From contig NC_092672.1 of assembly GCF_964355755.1 (NCBI RefSeq), positions 29,456,437 to 29,520,436 on the forward strand: 64,000 bases of DNA. Reading direction: 5' to 3'. Of the stretch, positions 40,881 to 52,786 are shown in pieces (position 1 is the stretch's first letter; each line of letters begins with the position of its first letter). Position numbers and translations under genes: made by a program. Source of the DNA: Antedon mediterranea (taxonomy: Eukaryota; Animalia; Echinodermata). Below the pieces are notes generated by a model. The model ran no database searches, had not been told where the DNA came from, and worked only from the letters and a program-made list of their open reading frames with translations.

Positions 40881-42646
40881 GAACCTGGAGAATATGCTAA
40901 CATCAACATCTGATATCATCTCATGGAAATTATCTTGTGAAAGTTTCTCCTTTTTTGTTGTTGGATCATCTCTTATCTTGTCAGGTGTCAATTGAGTTTT
41001 TATCATGATTTGTGGATTCTTCATATTTGTTGTTTTTGCGGAGTATTAACACGTTTGTTGTTGAAATTGTGATGTTTGTTTTCTGAATATATACTGGATG
41101 AATCATTTTTATCAGTGGCATACTCTATGCCACAAGTTAATTAAGCTTTAATAGATTGTAGGTGGAAAGGATATAAAAAGAAAATTTACTCTGAATATTT
41201 GAAAAACTGTTGGATGGAAGAAATTATCTAATTAATACTTTGTTTAAAACTCTTGAATTCTGTTGATTGGAATCGTATTTCGTTCAAATGAATTCTAAAC
41301 AATATTAAAAAAATTCCTTTTAAAAGAAAAATATTTTTGTTTAAACGTCTTGGATTTTGTGGTTTTCAATCGCTTTTTATTTGAGCCACCATTGTGGTAT
41401 ACCCTTGAATAATATAATGGAGCAGGTGATTTATATAATTAAAAGAAATTTGAATTTAATTGTCTTGATTAATAATTAAACGCTTAATGAAGCTAAATCC
41501 TAATTATTATTTCATTATGCTTAGCCAGGCATTTAATGAATTATAGCAGCCTTCTGAGCGGTGCCCTTGTCCTGCAATAGTATTAAAGTAAGTAAGTCCA
41601 AAAACTAGTCTAGATTGGTTGATGAATCAGCCTAATGTGTGCATTTTTTTGGGATAAATCTATAGAATTTTAGCATAGAATCCTGTGTACTTTTCCTAAT
41701 TCACTTGTGGTTTTGTAAAACCAATTACTACCATGCTAGAAAGGAACAGTGACACCTCAAGGTTGAACACAGGAATAAATCAATCAACCCACATGTTATC
41801 TGAGCATGTGCAGGAATAGCAGACAGTTTCTAGTTGTTTTTCAGTCAGGTGGCATCATTTGGACTAATATATTCCTGTGTTGTGGATATGAATATAACAA
41901 CCTTTTTGAAGATTGATTTTTTTGATTGATTGATACCACGGTGATTGATACTTAAATTGTCAAATACTTAAGTGAGTCAATATTTAAGTTTGATCTACTT
42001 GGAGTGTTGAATACCGATAAAAGGTGATATTTTCCCTTTATGCTAAACTTGGTAGGAAAACTAATGAAGCGTTGATCATCATAAGCTGAGAGATAGTATT
42101 TCAGAGCCGACAATTCTACCAGAAGTGAAGCACTCAATGAAGCAGAGTTGTAGTAGTTCAGCCAGGTATAAAAGAAAATTATATGCATAGATAAAGATCT
42201 ACACATGCCTATATAGTCAGCGAAACAAAGGTGAAATTCTGCATCGTAGACTTCTAAAAAGAATTGTCGATATGGTCACTTGTTACTTGTCAACATTTCT
42301 GAGCATTTTATCTGACGTTTTTCATTTTATCAGCGATTCTCGACGATAATGCATGTTTTGCAGTGAGTGAGCTGTCGATGAATTAAACATTAGCATGCCA
42401 ATACCCTGGATAAGGATTATTTATTGGAACGTTCCATTATAGTTTAATTATTTTACTTGCAATATTATCACCGGATACTATCATGTCTGAACTAATCTTA
42501 AGATTTTTGACGTACAACGGATTATTACAAAACATGGAAATTGTTCTTTTGCCGAGTGTATGGCTTTATTTTAAGTAAAATGTTGCATTATGAAATGTCA
42601 TATTAGTAACTGTTGGATTCGGTTTCGCCGTGTATGAACAGGAGAA

Positions 42647-42788
42647 ATGGGAAACGTTGAGTTTCGTACACCTGGGTGTTTCTGCATCCCGGCCGTTTTG
42701 TTTACACGCTCAAGCAAATGTTATCCGACCAAGTCAGATGTCACCGCACAAAAGGAAGCGTTGCGACTTTATATGTTCGCGAATGAAC
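42647..42788 (+). CDS. Candidate alternative first coding exon of Dishevelled (DIX-less isoform)
   Basis: Strong Kozak context gagaaATGG; 47 codons MGNVEFRTPGCFCIPAVLFTRSSKCYPTKSDVTAQKEALRLYMFANE; phase-1 donor C|gtatgt in frame with exon 6. Locally GC/CpG-richer than the flanking intron. No homology evidence. Confidence 0.5.
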
Positions 42789-43041
42789 GTATGTATAAGT
42801 TTTAATGTATGATATTTCGGGGTTTGAAGTCACTTATTAATGGTGCATGTTGAGCAATTCTGCATAGTCACTGTAACTGAAGAGGGTTAGAATTTAATTA
42901 CATGCATTTTACATTATTTTCATTTTTTAATATAGTTGTTAAAGAATATTTGTCAACAATTTAATATTGAGTAACCTATACAAGACAAACCTGTACTAAA
43001 GAATGTCTAAAATAATTAAATATTAAGTATATTTTTAAAGC

Positions 43042-43216
43042 CAGGCATGGATTTAGGCAGGCTTTAGCCCCCCCCCCCCCTCCCTCTAAAATGTTACCTT
43101 TTAAAATAAAATAATGATTTTCTTTTTTCTGCAACCTAACGGATCGTTTTTATCATTTATTAAATATTTAGTGTCCCCACCCCCACCCCTAATCTATAAT
43201 GCTGGATCCGCCCCTG
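43042..43216. mobile_element. hAT-like MITE with apparent 5-bp TSD
   Basis: caggcatggatttag ... ctggatccgcccctg, flanked by aaagc on both sides. Confidence 0.65.
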
Positions 43217-43617
43217 AAAGCACATTATTTTTGCGTAAAATGCACAATTGTTAATATTTCTATAGTGAGCTATGCATAATAATATTAGTTGCCTTTACCA
43301 TTTTCGTTTGTCCTCCAAAATTTGTAAAAAATTAATACCGAAAGTTAATAATTTGCACCAAAAAATATATATTAATAATTTTTGCCTTGGGAATTTTTTC
43401 AATTATTTCACAAATTGCCTTAAGAGAGTTTTTGATTGCCACAAGATATTGGGATTCTGCAGACTTGTAATTAATTATATAATTTATTATTAGGTTACTA
43501 TACAGCCAGATGAAATTTAATCGTTAAGTATAATTTGATATTTAATTGGGAACATAGTCAATGATTAAGGTAATATTTAATTTGAAATCTGATAATATCA
43601 AAGTTTCACATTTGTTA

Positions 43618-43768
43618 AGCTCTGTCTACACTATCATCAAACTAGTTTGACCAAAAAAGTGTGATATTCCCGAAATAGGTTATTGATATGCTCAATGATA
43701 GTGATATGACATCATCATGTCCATATATGGGCACATCATATTTTGTTGTTACATAAAGTTTGATAGTG
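43618..43768. mobile_element. Harbinger-like MITE (1538 family), right end truncated
   Basis: agctctgtctacactatca...gacatcatcatgtccatatatggg...acataaagtttgatagtg. Confidence 0.8.
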
Positions 43769-46061
43769 AGGTATAGTATGTACACATATTATATAAAGGG
43801 AAATGTACCTTTTGGTCATTTTGGGGAACTCAACATGTTTATTTCAATATTTATTTAATAATCAAAAATCATTTTTTGAAAAATAAAATGACTATTTATG
43901 ATATTTTGGAAAATTGAATTGAAGATCGGTGGTTGACATTTTACTAGATCTTGTGTTCAAATCATTAGCAGAACAGACAGTAGACCTACTAACTTACCAC
44001 TACTACTGTACCTACTGTAACTTGTAAAGCCACAAATTGTTGAGAGAGAGAGGCGCGTGATTGGTTGCGGATCTAGTGGCAGGATGAGAAAGTGTGGGGT
44101 TTAGTTTAGTCATACAGTTTACCTTTAATCGGTGTTGACTACTGGTGGTACTCCAATTTTGTTTCATAAATATTTGTTACGAAACATGTACTGTAGATGG
44201 TTGAATCTAAAATAGAAGTGGGAGTTGGACTACTATTTATTACTTTGATTTATATCATTACAGCACGTACAGTAGAGAATGATGCCAAGGAATTATTACA
44301 AATTAATAATTTTAACGACTTTAGTTGTAAATGATACTTTTTCTGTTTATGGTGAAAAATTGCAAATATTTATTTGCCATAATGATTTAAAGATTTTTGT
44401 AAAATGTGGTTTTAGTGACTAAGGAATATGCAGTAGCTACTGTACATGTACATTTTTCGGGAAGATATCTACAAGGTTTTTATAGGGCATGGCGAAATAT
44501 TATATTTACAGTAGAAGATAGCAAGATTTATAAATAACGAAAAAGATTTTTTTTACCAATATGGTTCCAATATGATTATGACTACACTACTTAGAGGGGG
44601 GTTTTCTTTATAAACTTTTGTTTAGCATGTACTGTAGGCCTAATGATCACTAGCTTTCCAGCCCCACCCTTTTCAATCCAGAACAATACACATGCATGAC
44701 TGGTATTGGAATAATTAGGTCATACAGGATGTGAAAAAAACACTGGCACCAGATCCAAACTATCTGTTGTAAGATCGTGAGAATACGTCCAATAATTTCT
44801 TATATTTTCTTCGGTTTCCACTTGTAATTATTCTCTGTATGATTTCAGCTAATCATACCGTGGCGTAAACGTTATGATTACTCAAGCAACTTGTACCATC
44901 TGGAGGTTAATCGACATGATCAATTTCAGATACCAGCGGGTCAGTGTTTTTGTAATAACACCATGTTGTTTTAGACTGCTCCTGGGCAGACGTTTACTCA
45001 CAACGCTGTGGGGTCGAACGAGAAAGGTCTAGCCCTACACCAATTTCAGTGTTTCACAGTGTAGGCCTAGCCTGGTGTTAGCCACTTTGGTGTACCACCC
45101 GCCATGCTGATGTTCCACCCGCCATGCTGATGTTAATATGACAATAGATTTATTCCATTAGTAATTTGTCAAAATTATTACTTTCGTTTACCATGTGATT
45201 GATTGGGTTTATTTTTGAAAAAAATGAAATTTATACTTTTGACCCTTGGACTGTAGTCTCTTAAATTTACACCCAACATACTTGGAATTAAGAAAATAGA
45301 AATAATTAAAATATATAGTTCAAAACATATTTTGAGAAATGTATTTGTTTCTCAATGTATTTATGTAATCATGATGAGCAGCTAATTATGTGATTATTCG
45401 TAACTAGGTATTAAAGTAAGTCCATTTTTCTAAATTCTTGATCGCACCAGATGTAATTTAGTCAAATTTCACTGGTTACTTGACCAAAAAGTAAAATCCA
45501 TCAACTATTCTAACACAGATAATCAAGTTTTGATATTTTTGTCTGAAAATTCCAGCAAAAGTATGTATGACATGCCAGGTGTGCCAAAATCTTTTACCAA
45601 TGTTAAGCATAAATTTAAAAGAATTATTGACTTTGTTGTATGCTTTATATAGCACGTCAGATCTATATCAGAAATAAGTAATTTTGCATGAAAATTATTA
45701 TTAATCAATGTAGTCTGTAAGATGACACACCCGCTGCGTTTATTGTCGGTAGCCTAGAGGAAAGATGCAGCGAAATCGCATGTATTGTTACCGGTAATTA
45801 CTACTACAGTACTACCGACTGAACACTTTGCTGTTACAGACGTACTATGTTAATTAAAATGTAACATCACTTAACTGTATATATGAACTGTTTTATAAGT
45901 TGTTTTGTGACTGTGTAATTTGGTAGTAGTCACTCTCATACTGTAGGCCTACATTTAAAAGTAACACATCCAAATGCCAACTTCAAGTCAATGGCTACCA
46001 GATGTCTCTGTGAGACGGTTATTTGAACCAGTACCAGTACCAGTACTTGATACAATCATAA

Positions 46062-46350
46062 GGTGTGAACAAGCCTTAGTAATTTGTACTTCACCTCAAA
46101 TGCAATGAATATGAGTAGCCTACACACAGTGTGAACATACTGTTAGTTGTTCTTCACTTGAAATTCAAAGATTCTGAATACTACAGTGTGAACATAGCTA
46201 ATAGTTTTACTTCACCTGAAATTCAAAGACTCTGAATACTACAGTGTGAACATAGCCTTAGTTTTACTTCACCTGAAATTCAAAGACAATGAATACTACA
46301 GTGTGAACATAGCCTATAGTATTACTTCACTTCAAATTGAAAGACTATAA
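46062..46350 (+). repeat. ~57-bp tandem repeat x5
   Basis: actacagtgtgaacatagccttagttttacttcacctgaaattcaaagactctgaat. Confidence 0.85.
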
Positions 46351-48006
46351 AAACAAGAATATTTTTCATTTCTTAAATCCTACTGCAAACAATCAAGCAC
46401 TGATGCTTAAAAATTGAATTTTTATTCACAATACATTACACTGAAAATCTATACAATCCAAATATAAATCGGTGTTAAGTTTAAAAATTAAGAATAGGCT
46501 CAATTTGTTATAGAATTTTCTTTTACTTTAGATAGTTGTTTTCAGGTACAGGTAATTGGAGTCCAAACCAGTCTACATACCAATAGACGTCAGTATGGTT
46601 TTTAATTATTCAGAAATTAAAAAATTTCTCTACCTGATTGTACAACTTTTGTTTGTGTTGTTTGCTTCAGTGGTCACCCCCTTGTTTTTGATTTTTCATT
46701 TGACTTGGTTTTCATTCTCCGGAGTCTATAAGACAATACAAACACTGTCTCGTAGAGTTTTTGGGAGCAAATTACCCGCAAACAAGCACAAAAGCTACAC
46801 AATGAGGTGAATGAGGTATTGTTTTTAATTTTAACAATTGAGAAATGTTTGGTTTAATTTGGCGTGATACTCTATATAAAGAGGTTGTAATAGTTGCCTG
46901 TTGTCTGGTTATGATTAGGCTTTAATTGAAATGTTCCCTTTATAGGATTGTTTAGACTCCATAAGGCACAATATTAACAGTGTGTGGTTGTTTTTCTTTA
47001 TTTAATTATGTCTGTCTTATAGTAGACATATTGCCTCGTCTATATCATGAGTATTACTTATTTCCACCTTTGAAAAAAAACCATTGTGTTTTTTTATTTA
47101 TTAAAAAAACGCTGTCAGAATACATAACTACTGTATCGCTGGGTGAAGCACTGTGCCAATTTGCTTGTTTGTGATTTTGATCTATTCTTTGCGCCAATAA
47201 CTGTGTTCCAAAAACCTAATTTTACACAATAGTGCTTGTATCATTTGAAATAATAAGTGGATCATAGGAATGGGGTTGTGGTGTGGGGTGTTTGGATTTG
47301 GCTCTGGATTATGGATTTCTAGATTTTGACATGTACAATACGAAAGATAGATTAAGTTTAACACTCAATTTTGCAAACCTCTGGCTGGCACATCCCGTTT
47401 TCCTTTAAAATCCAAGATCATTGGAATTGGATACAAATTTAAGTCTTTTTAACAATCCATTGTACAGTCTATGTTAGACAGACTTCATCAGTATTTTAAA
47501 TGCTTGGGTGGCTAGGAATAGAATACTAATTGACCATACCCAACAGTAATATAATGATTTCTGCATCATTCAGGAAATTACCTCCTGTTTAAATACTTTT
47601 TGACAGGAGCCTAGGGGTCTACTTTGGCAGGGAAGATTTAATGCTTATTTCATTTGGCTGACCACAGTCTAGGATAGTGATAACAGGTGGAATAATTTAT
47701 TTAGTATTATGATAGTGAATTTTATTTTAGAAAAAGTTCTCTACTACAGTATATACTTTGTTGTATTTTTACCATGTTTCATTAATTCAAATTTGCAAGA
47801 ATCCATCTTTATTTCTAACATGTTTCATTACAAATTTGTAATTGCAAGAATCGGTGTGCCAGCACTCGTGCTTTGGCCTGAAAGATTCCCATTTTTTTGT
47901 TGGCGCTTCTCCTATTTTTTTCAACTTCAGTCGTTGGTTGTTGGCAATGACAACCTCTTAGGCAATGTTATCTAAAAGATTCATTAGTTCTAGCTAAACA
48001 TTACAG

Positions 48007-48300
48007 GTAAATGTATTCCTACAGAACTCAATTCCATATCTTTGAGATTCAAATCATCAGTGTAATTGACGATTAGAATTAAATGTTAAAATCTAAGCCT
48101 TTATTGAATGTCTTTAGTTCTCCCGATTGAATTGGCCGCAAACTAAATACAAAAACTAAACAATTCAGTAGTATAAGTAAATGTATTCCTTCATTAAGAA
48201 TTCCATGCATCGTTATTTTAGAGATTCACATTTTCATATCGACGATTAGAATTAAAATGCTGAACTAAGCACTTAATTGAATGCCTTTCATTTCAGCCGA
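48007..48300 (+). repeat. Diverged ~170-bp duplication
   Basis: gtaaatgtattcct...gagattca...gacgattagaattaaa occurs twice. Confidence 0.7.
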
Positions 48301-48429
48301 TTCTTTGTATTACTGTATGTATCTAAAATAAAAATATTAAATTAGTATTTCAGAAATAGTAGATACAGCTATATATAGCACTACTGTATGTTATTCCCTC
48401 TTATTTCATGGCATATATAACGTGCTTAA

Positions 48430-48831
48430 AGACCCATTTACACTAGGATGATAACAATCGACGATAAATAGACAAATGGGCATTTAAAAAAATTAAAACA
48501 AAAGAATTTAGAAAGGTTTTGTATCTAGAACTATAGGATAATCATTTATGCTATCTTTGATAAAATAATATTTTTAAAATTCCAATCAAAAGACGTCATG
48601 ATAAATAAAAACAATGAAATCGTTGTATTGTCACGATATTACTGCTTTTACTATAAATCATGACATCATTTGATTGGACGTGTGAAAATATCATTTTCAT
48701 CAAAGGAAGCATAGATGGTTATTCTATAGTTCTAGAATGAAAAGTCTTTAAATTTCTTTTGTTTTATGTATGAAAAATGCACTATTTGTCTATTTATCGT
48801 TGATCTTTAACGTCTTAGTGTAAACGGGCCT
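48430..48831. mobile_element. Hairpin MITE, Harbinger-like
   Basis: agacccatttacacta / tagtgtaaacgggcct with TAA/TTA flanks. The arms stay complementary almost to the centre (ctagaactatag/ctatagttctag). Confidence 0.85.
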
Positions 48832-49729
48832 TTACACATCAAAATTATTCTACTGCAGTTACTGCAGAACTTCTTTTTAAACTAAATTTAGATATATATA
48901 TAATATAGACGTAGGTCTATTCTGCAGTGGCAGTCAGTACTGTATTGACAACTTAACAATTATTAAATTGTTGTGATTGTATGTCTGGCATTTTAAATAC
49001 AAACCATCCATAGCTTAAAGTGAATACAGTAGGTGACACTGCATAGTTTCCCAACTTGTTGTTTTATTCAAAAATGAAAAAAAGATATTTTATGGAGTGT
49101 GTTTTCTAGTTTTACAATTGGTAATATTATTATTGTTGTACCACCAGATTTAACCCTGAACTGAACCCTGCCATAGCACTTGTTTAATCTTCTGTCCATT
49201 TATTCCACAATTGTTAATAAAATCCATACAAAGTAGACCCAATAGAACTCAGGTGTAAACTTCCCCTCTGACTATCACACTGGTTAGCTGCTAAATCATA
49301 TATTTCAGCCTAGGCCAAGCACCTACCAAATTAAAATATTTTATTACTGTGAGCTGTTTCACTTAGATTTATTGGTCTATCAAAATATTTTAATATTTCC
49401 AAAACAAGTTTAATGAGAGTTTTTATCATCTGTTCTCCTAAGTATTAATGATTTATTTATGTATTTCCATTGCAATGGTGGTCCATCTTTATTTAGGGTC
49501 TGTTTCCACTTTTATTTTTAGAAATATAGATACATTTTTTGGCAGCAGAAATGATACTTAAATACCATATTTCACACTAAATTGTTCATGGATTTGATAC
49601 TGTAATAAATTATATTTGGCAGGATTCCATATTTTGCAGATGCCATTTTATTTACCTTAAAATTGTCTAAATTTCATAATTAAATAAGTGCATTTTTGCC
49701 TAAATCCTTTACCGGTATTTATTTTTATT

Positions 49730-50065
49730 ATCCCATAATGCATTTGTTTCCCTTTATCGCATGATGTGATGATATTGCAATTCTTTTGTGATAATGCATT
49801 TACTGTATGTACCTATCATGATGCAAATTCTCTCTTTTCCCATGATGCATTTATATTCCTTACCCCAAATGATGCATTTATTTTAACTTCCCAAAATGCA
49901 TATATTTTCCACATCCCATGATGCAATTATTTTCCACATCCCATGATGCATATATTTTATCGTCCCAAAATGCATATTTTCCACATCCCATGATACAATT
50001 ATTTTCCACATCCCATAATGCAATAATTTTCTTCATCCCATGATACATTATCTAATATCCATGTA
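49730..50065 (+). repeat. Degenerate ~25-bp minisatellite
   Basis: ttttccacatcccatgatgca units. Confidence 0.8.
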
Positions 50066-50678
50066 ATGTTTCCAACAAATAATAAACGCATCTTCTATTT
50101 GATGAGTTGCGTGTTTGTTCATTAGTCGCTCTTCAATCACCACTTTACATCAAACACACATTAATGAACCATTGTTTACATTTATGGGAGTGGAGCGAAG
50201 ACAGTAGAATTGTAGCCATTAACCTGTTCAGATTTTGCGTACACTGTTGTTGCGAAAGTTTTTCAAAACGAATTACAATTCCGTGTTGATAATTTCTGCG
50301 TAAAAGATAGATTTTGGATGTGCTGTGATTTTATCTGATTGTTGATTTTTGTGAGAGAAATTTTGTGAGACAGTGAAGTTTAAAAAATGTACGTGTATTT
50401 TCTTAAATTTAATGTTTGTGATTTAAAACTACAATAGATTGTTTTACATTGTTTCTGCGACTACACCATACCTGAATAGTATTGGAACTAATGTGAAGCT
50501 ATCACTACAGTGTTTTGTTTGTGAGCATGCTCAATCGTTTATTTGATAGTCTTTGATGGAGTGATATTTCAACGTTCTTATTGTGATTTGAATGTATTTC
50601 AAAATCACTTTTAAAATTACAAAATCATTAATAATGTTCAATTTTTGTTACAAACTATCGCAATTTTTATCTTTTTAG

Positions 50679-50793
50679 TTACACGTACAAAACGTGACCA
50701 TAGAAGCGGACATGGCTACGAGAGTTCGTCAACCTTGATGAGTAGTGATATTGAATCTACAAGCTATTGTGGTACAACAGATGATGACAGCAG
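50679..50793 (+). CDS. dvl: Dishevelled coding exon 6 (Ser/Thr-rich linker)
   Basis: Acceptor ctttttag|; reads (F)TRTKRDHRSGHGYESSSTLMSSDIESTSYCGTTDDDS-R with the conserved GYESSSTLMSS.(I/L)E(S/T)TS motif; donor AG|gtaaac (phase 2). Confidence 0.96.
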
Positions 50794-51943
50794 GTAAACT
50801 AAACAATAAATAGTGCAATTTATTTTTTTTTTACACATTTTAAACTGTAAAGTTACATGAACATTACATCATGAAAATAGGGTTAGTATTCTTTTTTTCT
50901 GTAGCCTTCCATACATTGATTTGACAAGCCAAATGTCGAGTTACAATTTTACTTTATTTTTACGTACAGTTTCTCTCATTTGAGAGTTGGTATACAAGTT
51001 TTAGTTACAATGTACTTGAAAATTGTAAACTTAAGTATGGTTAACTTTTGACCATTGTTGACCGTGGTACAGTATGTTCTACTGAGCAAGCAGTAGCTAG
51101 TAAAATGGTAGCCAACATTGATTTACAGTTAGTCAGCGACTTGGGGTTAATTTGAATTATTAAGTCCAGTGCATTTGCTTTCAACCTAATACTGTAAAGA
51201 TACGTTCTTATTCAAAGTTGTTCGTTTAGAAAATTATATTTTTAGAAAATATATATGTGTGGCCAAAGTTTATTAGTAACAAGTTACCGTATCAATATTA
51301 ACTCTACTAAAATATTTCCATGATTGGAAATTGTAATGTTGCGTTTTGCGAACTAAACCGTGAAGATCTTCCAATCATTCTACGTCTAGAGTTACGTCTT
51401 GAGCGTTGGAATATGTGTTCGCGCAATTAATGCATCATGTTTCAGTTTATCTTTTATGTTAATCATGAAATGTATGTCAGTTGAAGCATTATAGGTTTAA
51501 TAGTAATTATGATAATTGCGTTCTTGGTTCCAGAAATTCATTTCAGCAGAAATATAAATTATTAGATGCAAATTGATGTTAAATTAATTTAATAGATTAG
51601 TTTGTGTCGGTAAATTTTGCTCATATAATAAGTGACCTAGTGAATTTGATGCCTACAGTAGCGTACCTGGATAAACTGAAATTGGCCTATTTTTCTTTTA
51701 GAACATCACTAAAACTTGAATATACATAAAAACAACCCTATCAGACAATGGTGCAATCCAAATTTTGCTCATACTATTAGTGACCTACTGTAGTCTGTTT
51801 TATGCCTAGCTTACCTGGATAAACCAAATTGGCCTATTTCTCTTTAGAAGAGCACTTTACAACTTACTGTAATACACATAAAAACAACAGACAATGGTAC
51901 AGCCTAAATGCTATGAAATTGAAATAGGAGGATGACTAAAATA

Positions 51944-52786
51944 CCGTATATTTCGGTGTATAAGTCGCACTTTTGACACGCAAATTTGACCTCCAAATTA
52001 AGGGTGCGTCTTATACACCGAACATAAATGCCTCACCACACAGATTGTACATAGGCTTAGGCCTAGGCTATCGTCACCTCGTTTGCTAGGCCTGGGTAGG
52101 CTAGGCCTAGCTACAGTAACTAACTAACGTAACGGCAACCTGCTTCTGCCTAGCCTAGGCCTAGTTTTCAAGTCATTTTAGCATGATGTTATACTAAATA
52201 TGATGAAAAGATTTGTTCATTATGGCGCTCCGATAAAATTTCATTTGTAAACGTTTACGTCGTACGATTGGAATAGTACTGTATTTATTTATACAGTAGT
52301 TATACGCACGATCGCCGTACCCCAAGCGCAAGCCCTTCTTTTTCTTCGACTAGTATGTTCTCCAGGTGATTATAGCATGGACCTAGCGTACACACTTCTC
52401 GGATACATAGATACTAATCGAATACGATTGTCCGTGAAAACGTGCGCCCTCTCGAAATGATCGAGCGAGGCTAGCCCACACACGTGCGTGTTACACACAC
52501 GGTCATGCACTCGATGTTGCGGCGAAACTCATGAATAACAAGTTAGAAAGAACTTGTTGAGGCTGGGCGCGGCTGAGCCTAGGTAAGAAAAAACCTAAAT
52601 AAAGGACGCCGTTGTAGATATAACAAAATATATTATCACAATAATATTGATTACAATTTAAAAAAAAATTGTTTTGATGAAATAAGGTGCGTCTTATACA
52701 TCGACGATATAAAAAATACCGATATTTTACTCTCAGTTGGGGGTGCGTCTTATACACAGGTGCGACTTATACACCGAAATATACGG
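51944..52786. mobile_element. pogo/Tigger-like (Tc1-mariner superfamily) non-autonomous element
   Basis: TA-ccgtatatttcggtgtataagtcgcac / gtgcgacttatacaccgaaatatacgg-TA perfect 27-bp TIR, plus internal ggtgcgtcttataca repeats. Confidence 0.92.

Noticed and set aside
46556-46815. Hydrophobic ORF ending near donor-like ag|gtgaat and ag|gtattg
   Set aside because: The donor phase is incompatible with exon 6, the acceptors are weak, and there is no homology.
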